Source: Candidatus Thorarchaeota archaeon
Lineage (GTDB): Archaea; Asgardarchaeota; Thorarchaeia; Thorarchaeales; Thorarchaeaceae
Reading direction: 5' to 3'
Assembly: GCA_048884965.1 (NCBI GenBank)
Contig: JBHLQH010000005.1
Coordinates: forward strand, 96,001-160,000
DNA: 64,000 bases
Shown here: positions 1 through 10,013 of the stretch, one piece after another
Layout of the letters: every line of letters starts with the position of its first letter
Numbering within the stretch: position 1 is the first letter of the stretch
Translations under genes and position numbers: made by a program
Notes under the pieces: generated by a model
Database searches by the model: none
What the model was told of the DNA's origin: nothing
Seen by the model: only the letters and a program-made list of their open reading frames with translations

Positions 1-84
1 TGACTATAGAATGACACAAGGAAAAAATCCCCACATCCATCTAACAGCACTTCTGGCATCAATAGGGAGTATTCAGGAGGAGCC

Positions 85-390
85 CTAAAAGAGAGGATCT
101 ACCTCATGATTTGTGAAATCCTGTCGGCTAAGAATCATAGCTTGATTTGGCTCTAGAGATTGTGAATCGAACAAGAATTCTGCCCTTATTCTGCCCTCCA
201 TGACCGATATCATCTCTTGCTGTTTTGCCAATGATAATATCTTTCTTACCTTTGTAGGATTCCCGTATCGCCATTGGAATGATAACGCATGCACAGCATC
301 TTCGATTGTGATTATACTGCCATACTTTCTGAAAAGATGAGCTAGCATAAGGAGGATGTGTTTACCATTCATAATCATTCTCTTCATCAA
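85..390 (-). CDS. DUF2240-like archaeal hypothetical protein
   Basis: About 100 aa; 'LSFQWRYGNPTKVRKILSLA...EFLFD' resembles the archaeal DUF2240 pattern. Confidence 0.5.
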   Translation of the reverse strand: MMKRMIMNGKHILLMLAHLFRKYGSIITIEDAVHALSFQWRYGNPTKVRKILSLAKQQEMISVMEGRIRAEFLFDSQSLEPNQAMILSRQDFTNHEVDPLF

Positions 391-421
391 GACTCTTTAA
401 GTACATATTCCATTTTCCTAG

Positions 422-1381
422 TTGAAGGCGCGAGGAATGAGAACGTACCATGGGTATTCCCTTGAAGAACTGAACGAACTAGTCAAATCTAAAATAGATT
501 TTGATGGTGAGATTCGTTTGGATTCTACACTCCTGGAAGGATGGTCCTCGCTGAATATCCTCGGATATCATAATAATAATCCCGCATTTATATTGAAACT
601 CCCCAAATCTTCAGAAGTACAGAATTTCGATAACATAAATTTGATTCACAACCAGCTTTCCAAGTTTGATCTTTGTCCCAGACCCCTCTATCATGGTATG
701 TTGGATGATGATGACCTTCCTTCAATCGTTCTTGAATATATTTCAGGCAGGATGTACGATTCTCCTTTCGATATCTCTCAGGAAGATTATTGGCGACTAG
801 GAAATGTACTTGAAAGGCTAGCAACTTTAACTATTCGAGGTATTCCGGAGTACTCTGATGCTGTCGAGCATTTGAATGCAATCACTCGACCAATGGAATT
901 GAGGATATATGATTACGGTCGAAATCTTACTAGAGGCTTGAGTCATCTCTTTGAGGAGTTCATATCCTTGGCTGACGTTTCAAGAAACAGGCTCGAAGGC
1001 TGTAAATGGGATCCTGTTACTGTTCATGGAGATCTTTTTGAGCGAAACATTGTATTTCGAGAGGATGTAGTTATCCTTCTTGATATGGAAGAATGCTGTG
1101 TTTCCGATAGATTCTATGATCGAGCATATCTATTTGCTCAATCATATACAGAAAAAGCCCTTTCTGAGGAAGATCCAATCCGAACAGTCTGTCCAAGAGA
1201 CCACTGGCTGAATCTTGAGATATTAGCTCTTTGTAGTGTGATTACATGGAGCCTGCAAAGATTACTTGATTTAGAATTAGGACTGATAGAACTGAATCTA
1301 TCACAGTTTGTTCCAGATGATTTGGTGAAAGAATATGTTAGGGAAAAGATAGGCGTACTATCTTCCCTTTTAGAACGTTGA
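422..1381 (+). CDS. Aminoglycoside/choline kinase-like phosphotransferase (APH family)
   Basis: Brenner-type HGDLxxxN (VHGDLFERN), then LLDMEE and DRFYD. Confidence 0.75.
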   Translation: MKARGMRTYHGYSLEELNELVKSKIDFDGEIRLDSTLLEGWSSLNILGYHNNNPAFILKLPKSSEVQNFDNINLIHNQLSKFDLCPRPLYHGMLDDDDLPSIVLEYISGRMYDSPFDISQEDYWRLGNVLERLATLTIRGIPEYSDAVEHLNAITRPMELRIYDYGRNLTRGLSHLFEEFISLADVSRNRLEGCKWDPVTVHGDLFERNIVFREDVVILLDMEECCVSDRFYDRAYLFAQSYTEKALSEEDPIRTVCPRDHWLNLEILALCSVITWSLQRLLDLELGLIELNLSQFVPDDLVKEYVREKIGVLSSLLER

Positions 1382-1393
1382 ATGTCCTGATAA

Positions 1394-1636
1394 TCATCTA
1401 CTAAGCAACGATTCGATTTCTTTTTGCTCTACACGAATCTCATTACCTTCAAGAATTAGCTGAACCAACCGCCTTTGGTATTCATCTTCAGAAATTCGTC
1501 CTCTGGTTCTATTCTCATCCAGCTCAAATCTTCTATCTCGAATCTGCATGAATGCTTTGTCCAATGCTGCCTGCCTTATCCTTAGTAGCATCGGATTTTG
1601 CATGGTCGAATGCTCCCGGCTATCTATTTCAACCAT
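1394..1636 (-). CDS. Small helical hypothetical protein
   Basis: 80-aa ATG ORF filling the gap; 'GRISEDEYQRR' is SHOCT-like. Confidence 0.55.
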   Translation of the reverse strand: MVEIDSREHSTMQNPMLLRIRQAALDKAFMQIRDRRFELDENRTRGRISEDEYQRRLVQLILEGNEIRVEQKEIESLLSR

Positions 1637-1782
1637 AATCTACAGCTCCAATATTATTATCAGATGATATTATTAGATAATATAACCTCATATAAATGAA
1701 GTGGGGGCGTTCACTTTCTATTGTGAAAGCTCAGTGGCAATACATTATTCAGTACTTTTTTCATGATTTAAGGGGGTTTAAT

Positions 1783-2616
1783 TTGAGTCTTGACGATATG
1801 TTAGCCAAAGGACGTGAACTCTACAAGACCGGTATAGATATCATCGATACAGAGGTTCCTGAGGGTTTCCCAAAGAACGCTTTTGGAGTTATACGTGGTC
1901 CGGGCGGTGGTGGCAAATCGGTTCTGTTGAATCAAATGGCAAGATATGCAATGAATTCGGGTAAGAAAGCGATCTATGTATGTTTTGAAGACACTCCACT
2001 TTCCGTTCTTCAAAACTTATGCTATTTAGGATCAGATCACAAGAAGATACTCAGTTCTGGAATGATTCATCTAATTGATTGCTTTTCGAGTCAAATTCTA
2101 AGAAAGACCTCCAAGTTTGAGCATACTACTCTTGTTAGAGACCCAACTGAACCAGATCAGATTAGTGATGCCATTCATAGTTTAATCATGGAAAATGGCA
2201 AGTCTGAGTTTGGAGGTATCTTCGTGGACAGCATTACTGAACTATTCTTACAATCTCACCCATTCAAGGCAGTAAATGCGGTCAAGGCTTGGCGAGCGAC
2301 GTTCTGCAAAGATCTTTACATTCCCTGTTGGGCAACATATCATACTGGTCTTCAGCAGTTTGCAGCATATGATGATATGATTACCTATAGCAGCGATATC
2401 ATAGTTGATACACGTCACGAGCCTGTCTTCGAAGGAGCTGGTGTTCTGATTAAGCAGTTCCGGGTCACTAAAGTGAAAGGAGCACCGCATAATCCCATGT
2501 GGGTAACATTCGAAGTCGATCAGCAAGGAATACGCAAATTAACTCTGGATGAGCTGCGCGCAATTGCTCGGAAAATTTCGACCTATGAAGCCGGAAGTCC
2601 GAAAGATAAGAAGTAG
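1783..2616 (+). CDS. RAD55/KaiC-like RecA-superfamily ATPase
   Basis: Walker A GPGGGGKS, Walker B IFVDS, C-terminal KVKG; start moved to TTG 1783 behind a GGGGG SD-like run (ORF open from 1696). Confidence 0.85.
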   Translation: MSLDDMLAKGRELYKTGIDIIDTEVPEGFPKNAFGVIRGPGGGGKSVLLNQMARYAMNSGKKAIYVCFEDTPLSVLQNLCYLGSDHKKILSSGMIHLIDCFSSQILRKTSKFEHTTLVRDPTEPDQISDAIHSLIMENGKSEFGGIFVDSITELFLQSHPFKAVNAVKAWRATFCKDLYIPCWATYHTGLQQFAAYDDMITYSSDIIVDTRHEPVFEGAGVLIKQFRVTKVKGAPHNPMWVTFEVDQQGIRKLTLDELRAIARKISTYEAGSPKDKK

Positions 2617-2618
2617 TC

Positions 2619-4322
2619 CTAGAAGAAACTCTCAGGATTCTTTCTCCAGATTTCCTCATCCTCTGAGGCGATCACATATTGATATCCTTGTTCTGTTAGG
2701 AAGAGTTGTCGCTTGGCAGCAAAGTCCATGTCTCTAGTGTCTTTGGTGATGATTGAGTAGAATCTAGCAAAGCTACCATCTGACTTAGGACGTAGGATTC
2801 TTCCCAGTCGTTGCGCTTCTTCCTGTCGAGAACCAAAAGTTCCAGATACTTGAATTGCAACATTCGCATCAGGTAAATCAAGAGCAAAGTTCGCTACTTT
2901 GGATACAACAAGAATCTTCTCTTTTCCCTCTCGAAATGCCTCGTAGAGCGTTTGTCTATCCTCGTTGGTGGTCTTGCCAGTTATGAGTGGAGCTTGGATT
3001 TCATCCGCTATTATTTTCAATTGGTCCAGATACATACCAATGACCAAGACATTGTCCTCTTTGTGATACTCGATCAAATCCTTGATTAGCTTGACCTTGA
3101 TGGGATTCTCTGCGGCAATTCTATACTTCTTCCTATCCTCCGCCAGTGCATATTTTCTACGCATCTTATCAGGGAGATCTATTCGTATCTCGTAGCAAAT
3201 CGCAGTGGCAATCCAACCTTGGTCTTCAAGCTGTTTCCATGGCATGTCATATCGTTTGGGACCGATGAGACTGAAGACATCTTCTTCTCTCTCATCTTCT
3301 CTGACCAATGTTGCTGTGAGACCTAACCTTCGGGTCGCTTGAATGGCAGCTGTGACCCTGAAAACAGGTGCTGGAAGCAAGTGAACCTCATCGTAGATGA
3401 TTAAGCCCCAATTCCGTGCATCAAAGAGGTGAAAGTGCTCAAATTCATCCTCCCTTGATCTCCGCCATGTCAGTATTTGATATGTTGCAACTGTTACAGG
3501 TCGTATCTCTTTGTCTTCTCCTGTATACTCTCCTATTTGGTCGGCAGTCAGGGTTGTCTTATCAAGGAGTTCTTTTATCCACTGGCGTACAGCAACAACA
3601 TTCGGACAAAGGATAATGGTTGAAGTCTGGAGTTCCTTCATGGCTCCAATCCCGACCATGGTCTTGCCAGCACCACAAGGTAGAACGATGACGCCTGAAC
3701 CTCCTCTTACTCCACCACCTGCATGGAAAGTCGCGACTGCGTCCATCTGGTACTTTCTAAGTCCAAAGTGTTTGCCATCTAGGGTAGTATCTCTAAGAGA
3801 GAAATGTAGGGTTTCACCTTCGGCATACCCTGCAAGATCCTCTACCGGATGTCCAATTTCTAATAGTGCGTGTTTGAGATTGCCACGGTTAATTGGGTCA
3901 ACAAGAAAGGTCGTTTCATCGACTATCTCAACGAGGAATTCCCTGGCCTTCTTACTCTGCCAAATCTCTGTGGCCAAATCCTCATCAGTACATTGAAGGA
4001 GCATATCCTCCCCTTCCGAGAATAGTGTAATCTGACCATAGCGGCTCATATACTCAATGATTTCTCTTGAGATATTACCAGGAATAGGATACTTTGCATA
4101 ATCCTCTAGTGCATCGACTACTTCTCGAGCACTCATACCCATCGCAGCCGCATTCCAAAGACTGAGTGGTGTTACGCGATAGGTGTGCACATATTCTGGG
4201 GACTTGACTAGCTCTGCGAAGCGAGCAAGAGAATCTCTCGCTTCCTCATATTTTGGATTATCTACTTCTAGCAGAACTGATTTGTCAGATTGAACTATTA
4301 GTGGATTCATTGGATTCGGCAT
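2619..4322 (-). CDS. xpb: XPB/Rad25/Ssl2 SF2 DNA helicase with N-terminal helicase-associated domain
   Basis: LPCGAGKT, DEVH, GLTATLVRED (RED motif), QRLGRILR. Confidence 0.92.
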   Translation of the reverse strand: MPNPMNPLIVQSDKSVLLEVDNPKYEEARDSLARFAELVKSPEYVHTYRVTPLSLWNAAAMGMSAREVVDALEDYAKYPIPGNISREIIEYMSRYGQITLFSEGEDMLLQCTDEDLATEIWQSKKAREFLVEIVDETTFLVDPINRGNLKHALLEIGHPVEDLAGYAEGETLHFSLRDTTLDGKHFGLRKYQMDAVATFHAGGGVRGGSGVIVLPCGAGKTMVGIGAMKELQTSTIILCPNVVAVRQWIKELLDKTTLTADQIGEYTGEDKEIRPVTVATYQILTWRRSREDEFEHFHLFDARNWGLIIYDEVHLLPAPVFRVTAAIQATRRLGLTATLVREDEREEDVFSLIGPKRYDMPWKQLEDQGWIATAICYEIRIDLPDKMRRKYALAEDRKKYRIAAENPIKVKLIKDLIEYHKEDNVLVIGMYLDQLKIIADEIQAPLITGKTTNEDRQTLYEAFREGKEKILVVSKVANFALDLPDANVAIQVSGTFGSRQEEAQRLGRILRPKSDGSFARFYSIITKDTRDMDFAAKRQLFLTEQGYQYVIASEDEEIWRKNPESFF

Positions 4323-4537
4323 GCGATAGTCCTCTAGTGGTACTTCATTTATTCCCAGAATGTGTTCCTAACTTCAAGCGGGAAATCGCGGTTACGCGAG
4401 ATTGTTCAGTGATAAATCCTTCCGTTTGGTCATAGGCATCATTACCAGCTAAGTTTTTTTGTTCATATGCACATAGTTTGACTTATAACCTAGGAAGGGT
4501 TGCAAAACGTAACCGCTTACTCTGGAAGGTCTATACC

Positions 4538-5152
4538 GTGGAGACGAAACAGTTCATAATGGTCGTTCTGGTATTGAGCCTCGTAGTAGTTGGTATAACA
4601 GGAGCTACACTCTTTATGCCTCCTCCTGTTGATAATCCAACAGATACAACAACTACCTCGGACTCAACAACGACTACAACAACTGATGATGGGGTTCCTG
4701 ATATAATATTCAGGGATCAAGACTTGTTGCCTTTCAACATTGCTGTTCCGGATTGGGTATTTCCGATGGTTGATTCTGGTAACTACTCGATCTCAGATGC
4801 TTATGGTCAGTTCCTGATTCTCGAGTTCTTTGCAACTTGGTGTAGTGCATGTGAGTATCAGAATGCAGACAACGTAAAGATCTACGAAGCATTCCCCGAA
4901 GAAGAACTTGAATTCCTGCAGGTAACAACTGCATTGGGTGACTCACCTCAAATGCTAAGGGACTATATTACCGAGCATGGGCTTCTATGGGACCTTGGAT
5001 ATGCAACTGATGGCATTGCTGATGAATTTCTGAATATCCGATATATCCCAACTTTAGTCCTGATTGATCAAACTGGCACTCTCAGGTGGATTCACGAAGG
5101 AACTTGGAGATTCACTGATTTCAATGCTACAATTGTAGAACTCATGGGCTAA
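4538..5152 (+). CDS. Membrane-anchored TlpA/ResA-like thiol-disulfide oxidoreductase
   Basis: N-terminal TM, Thr-rich linker, FFATWCSAC, cis-Pro YIPT; start placed at GTG 4538. Confidence 0.85.
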   Translation: METKQFIMVVLVLSLVVVGITGATLFMPPPVDNPTDTTTTSDSTTTTTTDDGVPDIIFRDQDLLPFNIAVPDWVFPMVDSGNYSISDAYGQFLILEFFATWCSACEYQNADNVKIYEAFPEEELEFLQVTTALGDSPQMLRDYITEHGLLWDLGYATDGIADEFLNIRYIPTLVLIDQTGTLRWIHEGTWRFTDFNATIVELMG

Positions 5153-5170
5153 GGGATTGAGAAAACACAC

Positions 5171-5866
5171 ATGTTACTCCAATTGTTTGTTGAGGTAGTC
5201 GTAGAGCTTGGAGCTGCTTTTGCAGCCGGACTGTACGTAGCTACCTCTCCATGTCTATTTCCGCTTTTGCCTCTATTCCTCATCAGAAATCTGCAATCTG
5301 AAGATAGTCGAAAAAAGAGCATCATGGTGACGGGAGTCCTTATCTTAGGGATCTTGGCATCGTTGGCGATCTTCGCAGTCATTTCAACATTTGTTGGTAT
5401 GTTCTTCATACTATACTATACCTATATTCAAGCAATTCTTGGTGCTGTTATCGCTTTCTTGGGCGTTGTGACTTTATCCCACACGCTCCGTGAGAAGCTT
5501 AGACTCACAAGGCTGAGTATGAGGGACCCTGGAAAGCCAACAACCCTTGTTGGAGTGTTCATCGTAGGTTTTTCATATGCGCTTCTCGCCGCTCCTTGTA
5601 CAGCTCCAGTTGTCATCTTTGGATTACCGCTACTCTTTGGCTTTCAAACTAACATCTTCATGTGGTTGGCTTTGTTCGCTCTACTGGCAATTGGAGTAGC
5701 AATTCCATACTTGGCAATTGCACTAGTGACAGGAGAAGCGAGGGATAGGATGGCTAGTAGAATTGCTAATTCTGCTAGAACAATTGAGATTCTTGTTGGA
5801 ATCCTGTTGATAGCATTGGGAGTCTGGCTAATGCTACCGTGGATTCTGAGTTTGGTTGTAGTCTAG
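5171..5866 (+). CDS. ccdA: CcdA/DsbD-type cytochrome c biogenesis membrane protein
   Basis: TSPCLFPLLP and APCTAP motifs, about 6 TMs, next to the TlpA-like gene. Confidence 0.85.
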   Translation: MLLQLFVEVVVELGAAFAAGLYVATSPCLFPLLPLFLIRNLQSEDSRKKSIMVTGVLILGILASLAIFAVISTFVGMFFILYYTYIQAILGAVIAFLGVVTLSHTLREKLRLTRLSMRDPGKPTTLVGVFIVGFSYALLAAPCTAPVVIFGLPLLFGFQTNIFMWLALFALLAIGVAIPYLAIALVTGEARDRMASRIANSARTIEILVGILLIALGVWLMLPWILSLVVV

Positions 5867-5929
5867 GCTTAGACTACTTCCTACTCTTTTTTCATAGCCT
5901 TTATCCTCACCTATATATCCCAGATATAT

Positions 5930-7345
5930 TTGCCAACTTCCGAATTACTCATGGAAATTAGTAAGAGTACCATCAAGCGTGATCGGCTCTATACAAATCC
6001 ACGGGTAATGATATTAGCAATAGATGCGATGCTGATAATGCTAGGCTTTGGTATTGTGGCTCCTTCTATGGCATTCTATCTCATAGCCCTTGAAGGCGGT
6101 TTGACGCAAGCTCCAGGTCCAAATTACATCGTACCCGATACCGTAGTGGCTGAGTTCTCAGTCGTTCTTGGTGTCATGATGGCATCGTTTATGGGAACAC
6201 GAACTCTATTGGCGCGATATTTCGGTGGTTTCTCTGATGATCATGGTCGAAAACCAATACTCATGACGGGTCTCCTCGGGTATGTTTTCCTTCTAGTGTT
6301 CTTTGGGTTAGCACAGAACTGGATTCATCTTCTCATCGTAAGAGCGATGCAGGGTGTGGTTTCTGCAATGGTTTGGCCTGTTGCAGAAGCAGCGCTAATG
6401 GATATAGTTGGATTGGAACGCAGGGGTGAGGGCCTTGGTCTCTACATGATGGTTTCAAATGTAGGATTTGTCCTTGGCCCTGGCCTAGGTGGAATTCTTT
6501 ACAACCTTTGCCGAGACGTCCTCCTTCTACCTGTTCCAGATGTTTTTAGAGTGCCATACTATATTGGAGCTCTAATTGTCTTGCCAGCTACCATATTGAC
6601 AGGAATTATTCTAAGAGAAACAGCTCCTGGGAAACTAAATCAGGAGATTACTTCAACTGAAGCTGAAGGAGATACAATTGAGATACCTAGCTCAGCAAAT
6701 ACTCGGATGACTCCCAAGCGAAAGAGGATGATTCAAGTTCTCTATGTTATGGCGCTAACGAATGGGTTTGCCATGGGTTTGGGACAGCCGCTGTTTCAGC
6801 TTTTCTTGATGAGTCATATTACCAGTGATATCGGTTTGATCGGATTGATTATATCTGGAGCGGGTGCAATAGGGATGCTCTTCTCAATTCCTGCTGGTAG
6901 AGTTGCTGACCGACACGGTAGAAAGGGTCTTGCGGTTTGGGGTGCTGTAGGAAGCAGAGTAAGCTTGTCTGCATTGCCGCTTACCGGAACCATTCTGCAG
7001 ACTAGTCTAGTATGGATTGGCCAGAGTGCTTCGATGGCGATATCACAACCTGCTCAAAGAGCTATTCAAGCTGATTTAGTCCCATGGGAGTTACGTGGAA
7101 AGCTATTTGGTACAATTCAGGCATTCTTCAATGCTGGGGCTACTATAGGTCCAATAGCTGGAGGTGCATTATACGCCTTCTTTTCTCTCCTCACATTTCA
7201 GATTGGCTCCGTTCTGCTAGGCGGATATGTTATCCCCTTCTGGATGGCTGCTATAATAGGGATAATAGGTGCAATTCTCCTGTGGCTCTATGTTGAAGAG
7301 ACCCATCCTGCCAGTTGTCCTACAACATTGGACTCCGATGAGTGA
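5930..7345 (+). CDS. MFS transporter (DHA1/TetA-like)
   Basis: About 12 TMs; motif A variants GGFSDDHGRK and GRVADRHGRK. Confidence 0.9.
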   Translation: MPTSELLMEISKSTIKRDRLYTNPRVMILAIDAMLIMLGFGIVAPSMAFYLIALEGGLTQAPGPNYIVPDTVVAEFSVVLGVMMASFMGTRTLLARYFGGFSDDHGRKPILMTGLLGYVFLLVFFGLAQNWIHLLIVRAMQGVVSAMVWPVAEAALMDIVGLERRGEGLGLYMMVSNVGFVLGPGLGGILYNLCRDVLLLPVPDVFRVPYYIGALIVLPATILTGIILRETAPGKLNQEITSTEAEGDTIEIPSSANTRMTPKRKRMIQVLYVMALTNGFAMGLGQPLFQLFLMSHITSDIGLIGLIISGAGAIGMLFSIPAGRVADRHGRKGLAVWGAVGSRVSLSALPLTGTILQTSLVWIGQSASMAISQPAQRAIQADLVPWELRGKLFGTIQAFFNAGATIGPIAGGALYAFFSLLTFQIGSVLLGGYVIPFWMAAIIGIIGAILLWLYVEETHPASCPTTLDSDE

Positions 7346-7736
7346 GCTCTCGTGTTCATTGGCGTCGACCGTATCGCTTAAATACGAAAACTTCAGATTC
7401 GCTCGATAGTAAGTAGATTACTAATGACAGTTTGGAGGTGCAGTATCTTTATGCGATCGATAAGAACAGAAGAGGTTTTCACAGGCAACTGCACAGGAAC
7501 TGTCGGAAAATTCTAGTTTTCCAGTCTTTCTTTGTGTGCGATGGTCATTCAACACGTCGTGACTTGATACTCTAGAAAGGGCAGTCTTGTTTGGCAGTTG
7601 GCTAGTTCTCTTAACGAATTATTGTGTGCTTTGGACTTAAGGCGTGTATTATTGCTCGATCAAAGAGTGTGGAACAAAAGTTGCAAAAAAACAAGAAACG
7701 AAGACACCCGAGCCTCATTAGAAGTAGGTGTTGAGG

Positions 7737-8537
7737 ATGGGTGTCGTAGAGAAATTCAATCCCCTCAAAGGCAGTGCCCTATCACGGAAAAGGGAGAACA
7801 CTACCGATGGAAAATGGGGGAAGAAGGTCGAAATAAATGAGATCAACTTAGAGGATGTCAGGACTGATGCGATTGCATTCGGACTTGCAACTGATGTGCT
7901 CTACCAGATGAAGGCCGGGAAGGAAGCATCGATCTTTCTTGCAGAATGGAAAGGACATCCGATTATCCTGAAGGCATATCGATTCTGGCAGACTGCTCAG
8001 GCTCGCAAAGGTAAGGGTGTTTATGCGCCAACGAAGATGGAAGGCCTTGCATCAAAAGAATACGAGCTTCTGTTACTCTGCTTCACAAAAGGAATGAATG
8101 TTCCTACACCAATTGGTCGGGTAGGGAATTTCATTACTATGAGGCTAATTGGTGATGGTAAAGAACCTGCTTCACAACTACGAGATGTGCGCCTGGAGAA
8201 TCCTGAAGAATCTCTTGATCTAATACTCGATCAATATCTAGTCATGTATCGTGATGCACATTTTGTGCACGGCGATCTAAGTGCGTACAATGTCCTATGG
8301 TGGAAAGACAAACCGTGGCTAATCGATATGCCTCAAGCGATTCACGTAGGACCTTGGGCTGACATGAAGGCTGCAGTGTCGCTGCTTCATCGCGACATCA
8401 CAAACCTTCTCTTGTATTTCAAGCGATACTACGATGTGCGACGAGATCTGGAGCAGATTTTGGGTATCTTCCTGTCAGAATATGTTCCTGAGAATTTGAG
8501 GAACTACGATGAAGATGTTGGAGTGTGGATACGATGA
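7737..8537 (+). CDS. RIO1-family atypical Ser/Thr kinase (paralog 1)
   Basis: GKEAS P-loop, LKAYR, VHGDLSAYN, IDMPQA. Confidence 0.9.
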   Translation: MGVVEKFNPLKGSALSRKRENTTDGKWGKKVEINEINLEDVRTDAIAFGLATDVLYQMKAGKEASIFLAEWKGHPIILKAYRFWQTAQARKGKGVYAPTKMEGLASKEYELLLLCFTKGMNVPTPIGRVGNFITMRLIGDGKEPASQLRDVRLENPEESLDLILDQYLVMYRDAHFVHGDLSAYNVLWWKDKPWLIDMPQAIHVGPWADMKAAVSLLHRDITNLLLYFKRYYDVRRDLEQILGIFLSEYVPENLRNYDEDVGVWIR

Positions 8538-9361
8538 GTAGGGTCGAGAAGCATAATCCCTTGAAGTCGGGAGCCATAACTCGAAAGCGCGATGACATGA
8601 AAGGTGATGGAGGAAAGGTCGATATTCCCGAAATCACCTTTGAATCTGTTAGAGCGGATGCAATAAACTTTGGATTGGCAACAGATGTCCTGTATCAGAT
8701 GAATGCCGGAAAAGAAGCATCGATATTCTGTGCAGTCTGGAAGGAGCATCCAATCATTCTCAAAGCATATCGCTTCTGGCAATCATCCCACCAGCTTTCG
8801 AAGAAGAGAGGTTTTGTTGCTGCTGGTACTAGTAAACGAACCTACTGCATCTTGGGCATGATGGAGAACTTTGCAGTAATCGAGTATGATCTGTTGATGC
8901 GATGCTTCAAGGCAGGAGTACATGTGCCAACTCCCATTGGTCGAGTAGGTAACTATCTGACCATGCGATTCATCGGTGATAACACTGAACCAGCTCCCCA
9001 ATTGAAGGATGTGGAGCTGGAGAACCCTGAGATTGCCTTAGATCAGATCTTGGACGATTATCTCATAATGTATCGGGATGTACACTATGTTCATGGTGAT
9101 TTGAGCCGCTATAATATACTATGGTGGCAGAATCGACCATGGATCATCGATGTTCCGCAGGCATACGAGGTAGGTGTACATTGTGACATGCTGAAAGCTG
9201 AGAATCTTCTCAGGAGGGATATCAAGAATGTACTCAGTTATTTCGAAATCTATGGTATCTATAGAGACGTTGAACAAATACTAAGCGTGTTCCTGAGCGA
9301 ATACATACCGAAGAATCTCAGGAACTATCGCGAACTCGTTGAAGGAGGTGAGCTACTATGA
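8534..9361 (+). CDS. RIO1-family atypical Ser/Thr kinase (paralog 2)
   Basis: GKEAS, VHGDLSRYN, IDVPQA; ATGA overlap with paralog 1. Confidence 0.9.
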   Translation: MSRVEKHNPLKSGAITRKRDDMKGDGGKVDIPEITFESVRADAINFGLATDVLYQMNAGKEASIFCAVWKEHPIILKAYRFWQSSHQLSKKRGFVAAGTSKRTYCILGMMENFAVIEYDLLMRCFKAGVHVPTPIGRVGNYLTMRFIGDNTEPAPQLKDVELENPEIALDQILDDYLIMYRDVHYVHGDLSRYNILWWQNRPWIIDVPQAYEVGVHCDMLKAENLLRRDIKNVLSYFEIYGIYRDVEQILSVFLSEYIPKNLRNYRELVEGGELL

Positions 9362-9642
9362 TGCAGTTACCAAAGAGTGCTGTCATAGTTCTTCGACACT
9401 TAGTGAAGAGAGGTCCGATGTGTCCTGTAGACATTTGTGAGACTGCAAGTCTAGCTCCTCGCACTGTTAGTCATGCTTTGAAACGACTGCTTGATGACCA
9501 ATTGTGCAAGAAGATTCCGAATCTTCAGGACATGAGACGCCCCCTCTACACTCCAAACTTCGATACTGCAGTTGAGATGGTATCCCGATATGGATTTGAT
9601 TCAACCATTGGGAACCAACTCAATTTCATGCTTCGAAGATAG
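9358..9642 (+). CDS. Winged-helix (MarR/ArsR-like) transcriptional regulator
   Basis: LAPRTVSHALKRL...PNLQDMRRPLY; ATGA overlap with kinase 2; paralog at 60099. Confidence 0.8.
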   Translation: MMQLPKSAVIVLRHLVKRGPMCPVDICETASLAPRTVSHALKRLLDDQLCKKIPNLQDMRRPLYTPNFDTAVEMVSRYGFDSTIGNQLNFMLRR

Positions 9643-9664
9643 GATCAATTAAGGAGATCTACTG

Positions 9665-9811
9665 TTGAATAATGGAAAGGAGAGCAAACTGGAGTCGAAA
9701 CAGCAAATCGACAACAGACCCTCTAACCAAAATGACTCAACACCGAGTCATGAAAAGAATGAGCATGATGATAGCCTTCGCTTGCGTCTTTTAGTAAGTG
9801 AGGCTATCTGA
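9665..9811 (+). CDS. Putative 48-aa small protein (MNNGKESK...LRLRLLVSEAI), not in ORF track
   Basis: AAGGAG SD at 9651-9656, TTG start, stop followed directly by a T6 tract. Confidence 0.4.
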   Translation: MNNGKESKLESKQQIDNRPSNQNDSTPSHEKNEHDDSLRLRLLVSEAI

Positions 9812-9914
9812 TTTTTTATGGATGATTCCATTACCTACAGAAGAGATTACTTCATACCTCATTTCTTTTGGACCTGTTTGGCAAATGTATATTTCAAAAT
9901 TCGTTTGGACAAAA

Positions 9915-9958
9915 GGATATGAAAGATGACACTCGGGTCTTCCCGATGTCATCTATCC
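9915..9958. terminator. Stem-loop between convergent genes
   Basis: GATGACA-c-TCGGG-tctt-CCCGA-TGTCATC (9925-9953), extendable by GGATA/TATCC. Confidence 0.5.
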
Positions 9959-10013
9959 AGAGTGATGTCAAGGCTAAAAGGTCCTCTGCGATATTCCTCC
10001 AGGAGAAAAATAC

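Noticed and set aside
1696-2616. Circadian KaiC clock
   Set aside because: Single-domain RAD55-like ATPase with no kaiB nearby
7451-7840. In-frame TAG and TGA linking uORF 7451 to ORF 7598 (Pyl/Sec recoding)
   Set aside because: The read-through product resembles no protein, needs two different recoding events, and no SECIS was recognised
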